Source: Trichodelitschia bisporula (taxonomy: Eukaryota). From it: a stretch of DNA of 64,000 nucleotides. A program made the translations under genes and the position numbers. The stretch's first letter is position 1. Every line of letters starts with the position of its first letter. The stretch spans positions 62,001 through 126,000 of the forward strand of contig ML996699.1 in assembly GCA_010356995.1 (NCBI GenBank). Reading direction: 5' to 3'. Below the pieces are notes generated by a model that saw only the letters and a program-made list of their open reading frames with translations, was not told the DNA's origin and did no database searches. Shown in pieces: positions 25,414-38,862 of the stretch.

Positions 25414-27196
25414 TTACATGCCGACAGCGGACCCGAGGTTTGACGGATCGATGGTGCCATATGTGGCAGCCATGTTCAGGTCGAACTCCTGGTGTCCGTT
25501 GTCCATTGGCGTGCGGAAAGGTAGATCCATGGGTTGCTTCGCGTACATGTCGCCGAGGGACATGCCGTCTTCGGGCAGCATCGACTCCTGCATGTGGTAG
25601 ATGTCGGCGGAGCGGCTGCGCCCGAGAGACGTCAGCGGTGGCGACTGGTTGGCAATCACTGGGTCGGCGTGCGACATGCTCATGTTCACGTGTTGCGGTG
25701 CCGACACCTCGGGCATGGGCGACATGTACTGGTACGGCGTTGCCATGTTCGACGCGGCAATATTTTCTTGCGTCGGACCAGCGGTGAAAAACGGCGTGCC
25801 GTAGTCGCTTGGCGAGGGGGCCGTCGTGGCGGACATGGGGTTGTATTGCCGGAAGTCGAGGTTGAACGCAGCCGATGTGTCGATGCTCAGCGGACCGGCA
25901 TACTGTGGAATAGGCGCGATGATGTCCGGCTGCGGCGTGTACGGTGCGTGGTCCACGATGAACGGCGGCATCGGGTGTCGCAGCATCGAAAAGTCAATGG
26001 CGACCGGCACGGACCGACTGCGCTGGCGCTTGTGCCCGCGCGGCGGGTGCAGGCCCACGCCGACGTATGAGGGCTCCTGAAACATGCCCATGGGCTGGTG
26101 GTGATGGTTGGGCTGGGATGCCGGCCGGTGGTTGATTGGCGAGACCGGGGCTGAAACGGCGAGGGCTGGCTCATATATCTGATGTCTGTTTTGGAAAGAG
26201 TCCAGAGCAATGAGCTTGGCCAGCTGCCCACTCAACACCTTGGGGTGGCCGCCAAGATGGTGCACAAACACCTGTGACGCCTGCTGGTCCTCAGTGAAGT
26301 CGCTGCACTGGTAGAAACCACCCGAGCCGGATGAGTCCATGAAAAAGTTGGGCGGCCGCGTCAGCTCAACGATCAGACCGCCAGGTCGTTGCGAGGCGCC
26401 CTCGGCGTTGCTGAGCGGGTCGCCATTGTCGAGCGTGATGTTCTTGATGTACGAGAACGGGTACTCAATCTTGTAGCCCGCCGAGTCGTTGTTGATGTAG
26501 TATGTCACGCAGCACTTTTCTGGCGAGTAGAAGATGACGAGGTCCATGGCGCTCTGGCCAATGCGGCGCCACGAGCCAATGCTCAGCGAGCGGCACGCGA
26601 AGTGGTGGATCACTGGTCGGTCAGCGGTGAAAAGTCTTAGCATGGTAGAAAAACGCACCAACTTTGCTAGAACTCGACTCCGTGTTGAGCAGCATGCCAT
26701 TGCCATACCCAAACGACCCGGAGCGACCGAGCACGTCCCGTCCCAGGGGCTTGCCCGACTCCATGGCCTGGAGAGCGAGGTAGCGGCGCATCGACTCGGG
26801 GATGTCGTTGCAGTCCTCGCCGCTCTCGATGCTCTTCTTCGCGATGTTCTTGATCTTCGCTCGCCTATTACCGTTAGCTGGAGTTGTTTTACTCTAGTGA
26901 ATGTGGGCGCACCTGTTCTGGAACCAAATCTGAACAGAGCGCTCTGTCATGTTAATCTCCTGGGCGATCCGCTCGCGGACCAGGGCTGTGGGGGTAGGGT
27001 TCTTGTTGAACTCCTGCTCTAGAGTCACCAGCTGGTCTTGGGTGGCGCGTTGGCGCTTCTGGTTCTTCTGCTGCTGCGTGAGCGTGCTTTTGCGCGGCGG
27101 ACGGCGCGACGCGGAACCGCCATTTGTGGCCGGCGGGGTGGCTGTAGCAGACGCCGCGGGAGACGGCGTCGAAATCATGTTTGCACCCTCCTGCAT
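25414..27196 (-). CDS. Homeobox transcription factor, Pho2/Phx1/Hoy1-like class, 3 coding exons
   Basis: [23 protein letters not shown]...[17 protein letters not shown] homeodomain, then a conserved [24 protein letters not shown] domain. Introns 26865-26912 and 26613-26658. Start could alternatively be 27178. Confidence 0.92.
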
Positions 27197-30100
27197 GCTG
27201 CGCCCTGATAACCTGTATCCTCCAGCGCAGGTGGTGACTGTACGACGGGCAAGCGACAAGCGACAAGTCGCAGTGAATTGACGGCGTCGGGGTCGAATGG
27301 GCGACTCTGATGACCAGTCTATCAGTGATCGTAACCGTGAGACAAGAAGTGAGGGCGTTGGATTAGTCGGTGTTGCGCGCAAGTATTGAGTTGTGGAACT
27401 TGTGTTAGGGAGTGTAAGGCGGCGCAGAGTCCGCAGGACAGTTCAAGTTGAACAGTAGTAGTAGCAAAAGCTGATTTGCCAACTAGCAGCAAAACGGCGT
27501 GTTCGATTTTGTCTTCGGTCGACGAAAAGCGATTCGTAGTTGCGAAGCGAAAATGGGAGTTTCTGGGTCTGACGATCCAAGGAATGGACGGAACTAAGCC
27601 AAAGGGAATAGCAATGAAGGGAAAACGGGCCCGAAAAGGAGTGACGGGGCACCGGATGAAGCCTCTGAAGTCGAGGAACTGAAGGGAACGTGGTAGGAAA
27701 CCGCAAAAGGCCGTGGATGGCGACTTTTTTGGTGATTCCAGAAAACAAGCTAGGGTTGAAGGATTGTGGGAGGGGGAGAGAGAGGAGAGACGAAAAAGAA
27801 CGTGTGAGAGAAAGCGAGGTGGAGAGGGAAATGAAGAGGCTTTGCTGACGACGGGAGAGACGAGACTGGGGGGTTTGGGTTTGGGGGGGGGAGGGGTGGG
27901 CCACAAGTGCCGGGGGGGTTGTGTGTGAGGGTTGTGTGTGGCAGTACTGGGGGGGTGTGGGATGTGCCCCAGTGGTGTGTGCAGTGGTGCAGCCAAAGGG
28001 GGGTCTTGGCGCCTAGACCGCCGCTAGGAGATGGCCCAAGCGAGTCTGACTGGGAGGGTGTTTGGTGAGGATGAGGATGAGGGTAAGGGTGGAGGCCTTG
28101 GGGTCAACGCTTGATTTTGGAGGAGTTTTGGAGGAGTGCGCAATGAGGAGTTGGTGCCGCTGCGTGCGTGGGAGAGTGCCTGGATTATGGGGGTTCCTGT
28201 GGTGTCTCTGTGTGTGGGGGAGAGAGAGAGGGAGAGGGATGATGGCGGTGGGTGGTGGGCGGCGGACGGTTGGCGGGATGGGCTTGCTCAGCGTGGGCTT
28301 GTCTGTGTCTCTGATGAAGAGCGTGTGTCGTCGTCTTGCTTGTGTCTCTACCGTCTGTATCTGTTGTCCGTGCAGTTCCCGCTGCCAGTATCAAAGAACA
28401 TCTTCAGGAGCGACGTTGAAGCAGAGAGCTAACTAGAATAGTAAGGTGGATTGACACCATGAGAAGGTAACAGTTTGGAGTCGCATTGTTTCCATAAGTC
28501 TATCAATAAGTGACTTGAAGGATCAAAGGATGACAGCGACGATCAGCGAACTTTCAGGGAGCGTCTGTTGTGCTCACTCAAGTACAATGGCGAGAAGTCC
28601 CGGGTGCGCCATGCTCGGATAGCGCGATACAGGTTGCGAAGAGGCGGCGCAAGGCGACATCCCGACAAAGATCCTCATCGCCTCGACCTCCTCGACCTCG
28701 AACCGGGCCTGCAAGCGTCGACGTACCGTGTACTCCGTACGCTGCCTCGATTCACCCACCTTGTGCGTCCATCATGCCTTCGCCATGCCTCCACACTGCC
28801 TCTAGTCCACGAAGAGCAACTCTCGTCTCCCCCCCGCCAACCAACCGCCGCGCTGTACAACGTCCAGTCGCGTTGTCCGATGATGCGGGCGTCCTAGGCA
28901 CGCGCTGGGGCAGCCTGGCCCGCTTCAGAGTGCAGACAAGAAAGATGTATGCATCCCGGTCTCCCTCCCTTCTTCCCATGTCCCATGATGCCGCCGCCGA
29001 ACGCCGCCCTGCCGCGCTTGTGCCGTCTCCCAACGCCCGTTGTGGCCGTGCGGGCGCAGCCAGCGGGACCCGCTCACACCCGTTCCTCCGCTGCTTTTTG
29101 CGCCGTTGCCGTTGGGGAAGGCGGACGTCGGACTTGCGCGGGATTTTGGCAGCTGGTGCCGCTCCCGCCCTGATCGCGCACACTTAGCTCGGCTCGTTCG
29201 GCCCCTTCCGCCATCGCGATGATGCTATGCCGAGTTCCGTGCCCCATATCAATGCTTCCTATGCACCACGCAATGCACACTCCGTAACTCGGTGCGCTGT
29301 CTACAATCGCACAATGGTTCCATCCGCACAACACTGCTAGGCTCGTTCCTGGGACCTGACAGCACTCCCCTTGCAAGCACAGGACCGCAGGGTTTCCATC
29401 GAGGCACAGGCCGATCCCACCCCAGTCCTGCGACGCTCATTGGTCACCAAGCGTGCGTTGCAGGCCGCACGCATGGTGCCTTTCTGCCTCACGCCAGTCT
29501 TCATCTGGTCAAGTGTCCGTCCTCACAGACCAGCCAGCCGCAAAGTCTTGACTAAGTGGCCGTTGACGCAAGTGATAGGATCGCCTTCTCGTGGCCACGC
29601 TCTGGAGAAATGTCGAAAACGGTGCGATTCGCCTGGGAGGGCTGAAAGTGGTCTTCGAATCGTTCGCCAGAGAAATAGAAAAGAGCCTCGCCAGCCTGAC
29701 AATCCACCACACCCACAGCCTGGTTGATGCCATCCACCTCTGGCTCTCGAGCGCTCCGTGCGGCATCGCCGACCCTCTTGTCTCCCCCTCCTCTGCTGAT
29801 CTCCCAAGCCCACGCGCCTTGCTTGAAGCTCTCGTGAAACCAGGCAGCGACGCGTTGACCACAGGTCCAATCAGCGTGCTCCCCAAGTGATAATGTCCAT
29901 GGCGGCCTCGGGAGCGGCCAGAGCAGCGGCCACCGCCACAGGTAAAGGCAAGGGGAGGCGGTTCCATCCCACTTCTCCCTGGATCACCTTGTAACAAGTA
30001 GGCGCTTCACCATTGGCTCTCAAGCTCACCTCAATGCCGCCGGGCCCAGCAGATCGGCTCACAAACTGGCAAGAAGGCGGACTGGCTTCCCGCGCCCGAA

Positions 30101-31627
30101 AGCCTGAGTACTCAGCACGGCTGCCCGCGGATGAAGTCAGAAAGCATCACGATTAACCTCTGTCATCGCGCTATTTCAAGCGCGCGAACGGATTGCACCG
30201 TCGTCTGTGAGCAGATCCGTGGCCCAGTCGTAACCGAGAGCCCTTACCTTCACGTTTATTGCGCGCAGCCAGCATCCGTTGTCTGTTTTAAACACCCTCG
30301 GCCCAACGAGCAAATCGTAGGATCGCTGAAGCCACGAGGCCTGCTCCTCCAGCCCTCAGAATGGAATTCGAGGTCTCCGAACTCATCACCGAGCCAGTTC
30401 CGTTTGCCTATAATTAATTGCCCGCACGGCCTCAATCGGGCTCTTTTGTGTATTTGTTTGGAACGGGAAGCTAGGGCAGCACAAAGTCGCGACGCTCGCA
30501 CGGGATTTGGGCCGGGTAACGTGTTTGCGCGCCCAATATATCGTGGATCCCGCAGCCTCGAGGCGGTGACTGGCTCCGCACCGTTTCATGTCGCGGGGTA
30601 GTGTTGCGCATCGCATGAAGTGTACAGTATGACCGCATAAGAGCTCGAGACTATGGCGACCTCGCCATACATCCAGTGCCGCAGCGCGCAGTGCAGTGCC
30701 GCAGCGCCAATATGGCTATCGGCCACGGTTCCGCGGGTCGAGCCCTGGATGACCTGGCTGAAGTGAGTATCCTAACCATGAATCTCCATTTACGCAGATG
30801 AGCAGCCCGATGCTAGGCTCCATTGCGCATCTGGCCAGCCGGATGCACCGACGTTTTTGTGTTTGACGTGCAATACGTCGGTAGCCAGTAGCCGCTGGCC
30901 GTTAGCCTAAGGGACGACGTTTGAAGCTAGTGTGGCTCGATACGCGCGAAGGCGCCGTCATTCGGGGAAAATATGATTGGTTGCGCACCTGCGATGCTTG
31001 GCGGGGGCTTGCGACTTCACGTCGCGCTTTGATACGGTCGAGGGGATGATGTGCATGCGGTAGTTAGTCAAGCTCGTAGAGTCCACTGTGTCTGGACTAC
31101 GGATTAAGGTACCATAAAGACCTGAAGCAGCCGCGATAGGTCGTCAAGATGGATACCCGCAACATGCAACCGCCCTTTCGACGCCACCCACGGTATTTGG
31201 CTGAGGTAGACGAGATGGCGGAAGAAGCCGGCGGATGAGCAAATCAGGGCCAACGTCAAGCGCTATGACCGTTTGATACTGCGATGCCTTTCGGTAGCTG
31301 CTACGAGTATGCTTTTGCTGAATCATTAGCCATTCTAATGGACTTTCCATCGACTTGAAGAACGAGCCGAGGGATGATAATAGGTAACTTTTCAACAACA
31401 TGTGCTCCTTCCACGAAACGAGTCCGTGCAACACCGACCCTCCAGAGCGAGCCGTGGAAGGTGCGGTACTGTCTTGACGCCGATTGCGGACATTTTCAAC
31501 GAGCGCAGACACCTTCAGTTACAGGGATGAAGCCGACAATCGATTGAGCATTCCCGGGATCCAAAATACAGATGCTACCATTTCAGCGCCAGACGCCGTG
31601 AATCTAAACTTCCGACCGGGTATACCA

Positions 31628-32842
31628 TTACTCCGAGCGACCTTCGCTGAAACGCATGCGCACCTTTAAATCATCACCCAGATCTCGCAGATCGCGGCCC
31701 TTCTCCGGCGTGCTCGGCGTGGAGCCGTCCGTGATAACCTCCTTTTTGGCATTGGTCACCGTCTGCCCCTTGGTCTGCGCAAACTGTGCCGAGCGCGAGT
31801 GTGACGGGTTATCGCTGTAGAACTCGTCGATGATCGGGTGAATCATGACCGTCTGGCCGTGGATCGTCAAAATAGAGTTTGTCGGTACCGTGACCCAGTT
31901 GTCTGTTGGTCAGCAACGTGACAGCGATAGAGTAGTGGAGTGCAGCATACCTCGTTCGAATGTCAGGGGCTCGCTGGCCACGAGTACAATGTCCGCCCCC
32001 TTATCCCGCCGCTCCATCTTGTAGTTCGCCTTGCCATCCTCACTCCGCGTCCCGTACTCCTTCCAGTTGGTGCCACTGGAGAAAAAAAGACTCGCGGCCT
32101 CGTCCGTCTTGCTGCTCACATAGCGCGTGCAGACGACATTATGACCGTCCGTAACAGCAAAGTTGAGCAAGCTGCGTGTATCCTCAGTACGCAGCTCGTC
32201 CGGAATGTCAGCGATGAGGGCATTAATCCGGCGGATCGTCTCGAGCATCGCCCGCCGCAGGATGCTATGTCCGAAGCCGTCTTTGCCGACCTGGCTCGGG
32301 TGGATCCCCATGCGGTCCATACTGTCGAGGAACAGCGCAAACGCCCACTCGCTATCGGTGCCGCCCTGGACGAAGATGAACCACTCGTCCCGCAGGCTCG
32401 ACGCTAGACGGCGCTTCACATGGCGCCACCCGCCGATGCCACCATTATGCATCCACATCAGACTGCCGCATCGGAAGGGGTGGCAGTTCTGGTCCGACAA
32501 GTTTCCCTCAGTCGTGGCGCGTACGTGCGCAAATATCAGCGATGATGTCGTCTTTGACGCTAGCCGCTCGAGGTTCAGGCAGTTCCACGCCGGGATCGTG
32601 CTCGTGAAAATACAAGGCTCCGGGCCTAGTGCCGGTGACGTGTAATATCCAACTCCGAAGCCATCACCATTGTGTGGACGTCTCCGGTCAAGGCGGAGAC
32701 GTGAGTCGTAGGATTGTGTGAGGATGGAGTGCGCGGGAGAGAGGATGAGCTCTGAGAGGAGAATCTCGTCACGCCCTTTGTAGACCTAAGTTGTTAGCCA
32801 CGCCGGCGCACACAGCGGGATACTTGCAAGAAAGCGGCACAT
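31628..32842 (-). CDS. DUG3: Class II glutamine amidotransferase of glutathione degradation (Dug3)
   Basis: N-terminal MCR nucleophile, HNGDGFGVG, PAWN, FAHVRA, NCHPF, MHNGGI, TDSEWAF and VASEPLT. GC-AG intron 32786-32827, second intron about 31901-31950. The 3' end is less certain. Confidence 0.9.
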
Positions 32843-33448
32843 GGCTTATGAGCGGAAGGGTAGCGAGGAGGGCAGAAGAGGGTCAGGCGAGGGGTAAAGA
32901 AAGATATCTATGACTCGAATCAGTACCACGTAAGGCTGGCGAGGCAAATAAAGGGCGATTGCGTGATTTGGAGCGGCACGGCGCAAAGGGTGGCACTGAC
33001 CAAGTGTGGGGTTTCCGCCTCAAGAATGTCATCTCGACAGAATGATACAAAGAACGAAGAATACAAACTGTGTCCCCGGCTATCGGATGCAGCGTGGGGT
33101 TGACGCCTTGCTTCTGTGTAGTTGGGCGATTGGCGTGGTGTCTATGCAGTTGAATGAACTCTGTGAGCGGTGCAGACTGCGGACTGCCTTAACAATGGAC
33201 GTTGAACGGTGAAAAAAACAATTTCCTCACCAAAGGAGTTCAATGATAGCCGATCGGTCGAGATCTTCCTATCTTAATTCAAGCCTCGTCCGGTCACCGC
33301 CTCAAACTACCGCCAACCTACTGACGCACGTCACACGTGACAGCCACGGTCAAGGATTTTGTGACCCACCATCGCCGCCAACCTTACTCCGTGCCGACGA
33401 CATCATCACCGACCCCAACCTCACCTCAACACCCACATCCATGTTGCC

Positions 33449-36244
33449 ATGAGCGGACGTGTGCTCTTTGCACGCTTGGTGCCGCTTGCACGCCGTCCAC
33501 TCCTCCACAATGTCCGTCCCTATCCCCGCCGCAACCTGCCTGCCGGCATAAACTCGCTGCACCATGTCCCCGCCGTCCGCCCCATCTCCTTCGTCCGCGT
33601 GCTGCCTAAGCTCTTCACCAAACTCGCGACCCTTGGTGCAGCTGCCGGCGGTGCTACAGTAGCTGGATTGGTATACATTCAGAACCAGGCGAGTGCTGCA
33701 GGAACGTACGTCTCCGGAATCTTCAGCCAGGCCAAAGATGGAGCTTGGACCCTCGGTGGGGGCGCTTACGAGGGCGCAACCGATACACTTGATCGGATGA
33801 AGCGGGGCTGGGAGACTACAAGGGAGAAGGTCGAGGTGCCCGAATGGCTGTCCGGCATCCTCGCCGGCAAGGAGGGCGGCGACGGAAACAGCGGGAACGG
33901 ACAAGGCAAAGGACCGGAGCCGAAGCATAGTGCATCTGGCGTTGCTGCTGGCGGTGCAGCTGCTGCAGCGTTTGGATTTGGCTCCAGCGATGATAACAAG
34001 GACGAAGAGAAGGCCGCCCGGGACGACCAGATGATGCTGCTCACGAAGAAGATGATCCACATCCGGACCCTGTTGCAGTCGGTTGGTAAGTCGGACTCGC
34101 TCACACTCCCGTCTATCGTTGTCATTGGGTCCCAGTCGTCAGGGAAGAGTTCCGTGCTCGAGGCTATCGTCGGACACGAGTTCCTCCCAAAGGGCAACAA
34201 CATGGTCACCCGCCGTCCCATTGAGCTGACACTCGTCAACACCCCCGACGCAAAGGCCGAGTACGGGGAGTTCCCGGCGCTCGGCCTCGGCAAGATATCC
34301 GACTTTTCTTCGATCCAAAAGACGCTCACCGACCTCAATCTTGCCGTTCCCGCTGAGGAGTGCGTCTCAGACGATCCCATCCAGCTGCGTATCTACTCAC
34401 CTAACGTTCCCGACCTCTCCCTGATCGACCTTCCCGGCTACATCCAGGTGACGAGCCTCGATCAGCCACCGGAGCTCAAAGAGAAGATTGCTGAGCTGTG
34501 CGACAAGTACATCCAGCCGCCGAATGTGATCCTCGCCATCTCCGCCGCGGACGTTGACCTGGCCAACTCGACTGCGCTCCGGGCCAGCAGAGCTGTGGAC
34601 CCCCGCGGTGAGCGGACTATTGGAGTCATCACCAAGATGGATCTCGTTGATCCTGACCGTGGCTACAGTATGCTGCACGACTCCAAGTATTCTCTGCGAT
34701 TGGGATACGTTGGCGTCGTTGCACGCGTTCCGCCGTCAACCACGACCACCAAACTGTTCAACCGCGGCAACTCCAACATCTCTCAGGCCGTCATGAGGAA
34801 CGAGGCCGCCTTTTTCACCGCGCACCCGCAAGAATTTGGGCCGGAAGCGCACGTGGAAGTCGGCATGGGCAGTCTCCGGAAAAAGCTTATGCACGTCCTG
34901 GAGCAGACCATGGCGAGCAGCCTCAAGTCTACCACGGAGGTTATCCACCAAGAGCTCGCGGAGGCTACATACGAGTTTAAGGTGCAGTACAACGACCGCC
35001 CGCTCAGTGCTGAGACATACCTCGCCGAGAGCCTTGACGCTTTCAAGCACTCTTTCCGCGGCTTTGCCGAGACCTTCGGCCGCAGCCAGGTTCGCGAGCT
35101 CATCAAGCAAGAACTCGACCAGCAGGTCCTGAACCTACTTGCCCAGCGGTACTGGAACAAGCCGATTGAGGACCTCTTTCCGACGGCGCTGGATACGGAT
35201 TCGCTTACCGACCTGCCCAAGGCAGATCCCGAGCACCCCCTCTGGCACCTCAAGCTCGACGCCTCGAGCGCTGCTCTGACGAAGCTGGGCATCGGGCGTC
35301 TCGCGACCTCGGTGGTTGCAAACGCCCTGCAGACGCACATAGATCACCTCATCCAAGGTTCTACCTTTGCGAACCACCCCTTCGGCCGCAAGGCCATCGC
35401 CGATGCTTCAACAACCATCCTGCGCGACTTGTCTTACGACATTAGCGACGAGCTGGAAATCTGCATCAAGCCGTACAAGTACCGCATTGAGCTGGATGAC
35501 AACGAGTGGGCGAAGGGCCGTGATAACATTACCAGCGTGCTCAAGGAGGAGCTCCGGGTGTGCGAAGCAGCTGTCAAGCACGTCGAGACCGAGGTCGGCG
35601 GCCGCAAGAAGCTGCGTGACGTCATGGGTTTCATCGATCGCGTGCGCAATGGGCAAGTTGTTCTTGAGGGCGATGGCGTTGGCGGTGCTGGGGGCTTCAG
35701 TGCTGCTCTTCTGCGAAAAGGTACGTCGATATATCGCACATCATGTCTCATTGCTAACAACTAAGGCCGCGAAGCCGTCTTTCTGCGCGACCGTTCCGGC
35801 ATTCTGAAGATGCGCATGATGGCCGTGCGATCGAAGCAATGCGCGAACAAGGCCAACAAATACTTCTGCCCGGAAGTATTCCTCGACGCGGTAGCAGATA
35901 AGCTGACGACCACGGCCGACCTATTCCTGGATGCCGAGTTGCTCTCCAAGTTTTACTACAGCGTAAGTCATTCCCATTTTCGCTTCCAGGTGAAGCTGAC
36001 ATTGTAGTTTCCCCGTGAACTGGATGCGCGCCTGGGTCACGGGCTGTCCAAGGCCGAGATCGAGCGCTTCGCCCGCGAGGACCCGAAGATCCGGCGGCAT
36101 CTGGATGTTGTAAAGCGCAAGGAGCTTTTGGAATACGTGCTCAAAGAGATAGACTCATTGCGGCAACTGGAGGCGCGGGAGAAGCGCTCCGCGCGGGGTT
36201 CGCGCCCTGACCGTGAGAAGAGGAGAGGTTGGGGGTTGTTTTAG
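33449..36244 (+). CDS. MGM1: Mitochondrial dynamin-like GTPase Mgm1/Msp1, 3 exons
   Basis: Basic presequence and two hydrophobic segments, GSQSSGKSS, VTRRP, DLPG, TKMD and C-terminal FAREDPKIRRHL. Introns 35721-35765 and 35963-36008. Confidence 0.95.
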
Positions 36245-36581
36245 ACGAACGGTTTGGGGCTTATTCTTCTGGCGTTTCTGCGCTTTGCTGCTAACGAAGA
36301 TACCACGCGTATGCTGTTGGGATGCTGAGTAGGCTGCATTGCTCTCATTGTACTCTAACGATCATGACCTAGAGTCCCATGGACTGGCTGCAACGTTGAC
36401 GAATTTATATTTATACAACCCGACGTTCACCACCCATGTTTCCCAACGCCATATTTGCGGTGGAGTGTACCAGCGACGGCGCTTCGGGACTCCCCCCCCC
36501 CCCCATCCATCACCACTCCCACATACCGCCATATACAACTCCAATCCTCATCCTCATATTGTCGCAGAAGGTACGAGAGTG

Positions 36582-36587
36582 TAATTA
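36582..36587 (+). promoter_or_regulatory. TATA-like element at -29 to -24 of the 5S gene
   Basis: TAATTA lies 29-24 nt upstream of 36611, the position described for dispersed Neurospora 5S genes. Confidence 0.55.
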
Positions 36588-36610
36588 AATTCATGGAATG
36601 TTTGTCTAGC

Positions 36611-36629
36611 ACATACGGCCATAGGTCGC
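36611..36629 (+). rRNA. 5S rRNA gene, 5' fragment (nt 1-19), interrupted
   Basis: ACATACGGCCATAGGTCGC matches the Pezizomycotina 5S start. It pairs with GCTGTATGT (42364-42372, helix I) and GCGAACC (42313-42319, helix II with bulged A). Confidence 0.85.
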
Positions 36630-37829
36630 AGACATATACCTGTGTCCGCGGGAAAATAGCCGCCAAATCCGGCGGTTTGTAACGGCGTTTCTGGCGTCAG
36701 ATTTCCCCAATGCAGGCTTCCAAGAAATCGGGCGCTTAGAGTGTTCAGTATCCCTGTTGATGGCTAACAAATTCCAGCGGACGAATTATATGAATTAGAA
36801 AATCTAAAAAGCGGCTTACCTCGCATCGAGAATCAGCCCTCCGCCACTTTTTCTAGCTTCCGCCTCGTGCCCCTCTTGGGTCTCTCCATCGCCGCCGCCT
36901 CAATGCGTCCTCCCGCATGCCGTTTTTTCGTCTCGCCCACCCCTTCGTCTCGCCCGCCCCTTCGTCTTGCCCACTTCTTCATGTCGTTTTACCCCTTGCC
37001 TCGCCTACCTTTTCGCCTGATCTCGCCCTAGCAGCCACGCTGCCCGAGCACAGACTGCCTATTTGGCTCGCGTGGGGCATTGAGGCGGGCCTGTCGGGCG
37101 CGCTGATGGACGAGGACGGGGCGTACGAGGGCCCGTTGCTGGGCCTTTAAGTTGGTTGGCGACCATATATGCCGCACGGGTAGCATACGTATGTGGCGCC
37201 AAATATTGGGAGCGCGAATTTCGTACGGCGTGCGCGGGAGGAGCCGTTTCGGGGGGGGGGGGCAGCGTGCTGGTCAGTAGGGAGGTGGCGTTGGTGATTA
37301 GGCTGGCTTACGAGGGGGAGCCAGTACTATGGACGAAGCCGCGGTGGGTCAGGGTTAGGACGTGGGTGAGTATAGGTTCTGCGGGCGCCTAGACGAGAAG
37401 TGGGAGTAGGGAGGTGCGAGGGTCACGAACTGGCGGAGGTTTCGGCGGTGCTGTGGGGGGGTCGGGAACTGCGGGTAGTTTTGCTTGCGACTACCGGATG
37501 AGTTGCTGCAGCTGCAGCTGGTAGTAAACTGGTAGTAGTAGAGGTTATCCGTTGGGCCGCAGGAGGGGCTGTGCGGGAGAGGTTGCTAGAAGGGTGGCTG
37601 CGTGTAGGTGCGGGGGCGGTAGGGTAGTTACCGGTGAAAGTTTGCACACCGGGAGCGATACGCTGATATGTAAGGCTTTGCGCGGCGTGACTTGCTGCGG
37701 GTAGGCCTAGGTGATTTCCGATAGCCCATCCGACGAGGGGAGAGCTGGGCGCGGTATATTCGTAAACGAAGAGGTGGTAGAATAGGATACTTGCGAGGCC
37801 GGGAATGCGATGGATACGGGTCACGCGGG

Positions 37830-37919
37830 GCCGCTTGATGGACGGGAGGAGCCGCTTGATGGACGGGAGGAGCCGCTTGATGGATGGGAGGAGCCGCTTG
37901 ATGGACGGGAGGAGCCGCT
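37830..37919. repeat. Tandem repeat, 4.3 x 21 bp (GCCGCTTGATGGACGGGAGGA)
   Basis: Units start at 37830, 37851, 37872 (one C>T) and 37893, with a partial unit at 37914. Confidence 0.92.
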
Positions 37920-38862
37920 AGGCTAGTTCGAGGGGAAGCTAGGCGCCGTCTATTACTTCAACCTTTTGCCAGTGTTGGTCTGTTGACGACAAGTTGTGGA
38001 GTTGTGAATGGATAATCGTTTCTCCTCGGTGGGGATGAGGCCTTTCCTTCGCAGTTGGAATGGCCGCACTCTCCCGCGGGCTCAATTGTTCCATGGTACT
38101 GTATGTTTCTCGAGTCCCGCGCTGATGACACGATACAACATGACTGTTACGATGTCGTCCGCTCAACTCCAATCGAGCCTTTAATCCAGCACCAGGACGC
38201 TTGCTAACACCCATCTCATACATTACCCGGCCACCTCTTCCACAGAATCAACTACGTATCTTGTTAAAATGAAGTGTGAGCATGACTGAGTTGCTTAATT
38301 AACTAGCAGTAGGAAGTGAGCTGACTATATACCTCGCCAGGAGACGATCCCTGTCTCCTGGCTCCGCTCCAGCCACCTCAGATTACCGCCACAAATTCAA
38401 CATATCTCCTCCATCAGAACAGTCTGTATGCTCCGTCTGTCCCTCACTACGCTGCCAAACTCCCACCCAAAACCATGGCCGCTACTCCGGCATCCTCCTG
38501 AGCCTGTTTATGCTCGAGCCCTGATCAGTCTCGATATCCCGTACAGCAGCTACGACGCGGGCATAGACGACGCAAGCAGCGTGGGCGGTGCAACATGGAT
38601 GAACAACCGGGTATGTCCTCCAGCGAAGTCTTCGTCTATGAACTGATCAGTTGGTAGGAGAATTTGATGCCCCGTGGCATGTGGCTGTGTCTCCTCCAAT
38701 CTCGTCCTCCCCCTCCGCGCTCGACAGTTCACAGCCTCATTCTTGGCATTCTGCCCTGCAGTTGAGTTCAGACGGAAGCCCCAAAGTCTCGCCTTTAACC
38801 TCGAGTTCCGGTCCTGCATTTTCAGAAGTCCTCAATTTTTGACTAGAATCATTATTTCCAAG

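Noticed and set aside
37830..37919. 21-bp repeats as a CRISPR array
   Set aside because: The units are head-to-tail with no spacers, there are no cas genes, and the context is eukaryotic.
38336..38362. 10-bp hairpin GCCAGGAGAC/GTCTCCTGGC as a Helitron 3' end
   Set aside because: No CTRR at the expected short distance on either strand.
36630..38860. DUF3435 captain or transposase ORF inside the insertion
   Set aside because: No long ORF or recognisable catalytic motif in any frame. A heavily decayed remnant cannot be excluded without an HMM search.
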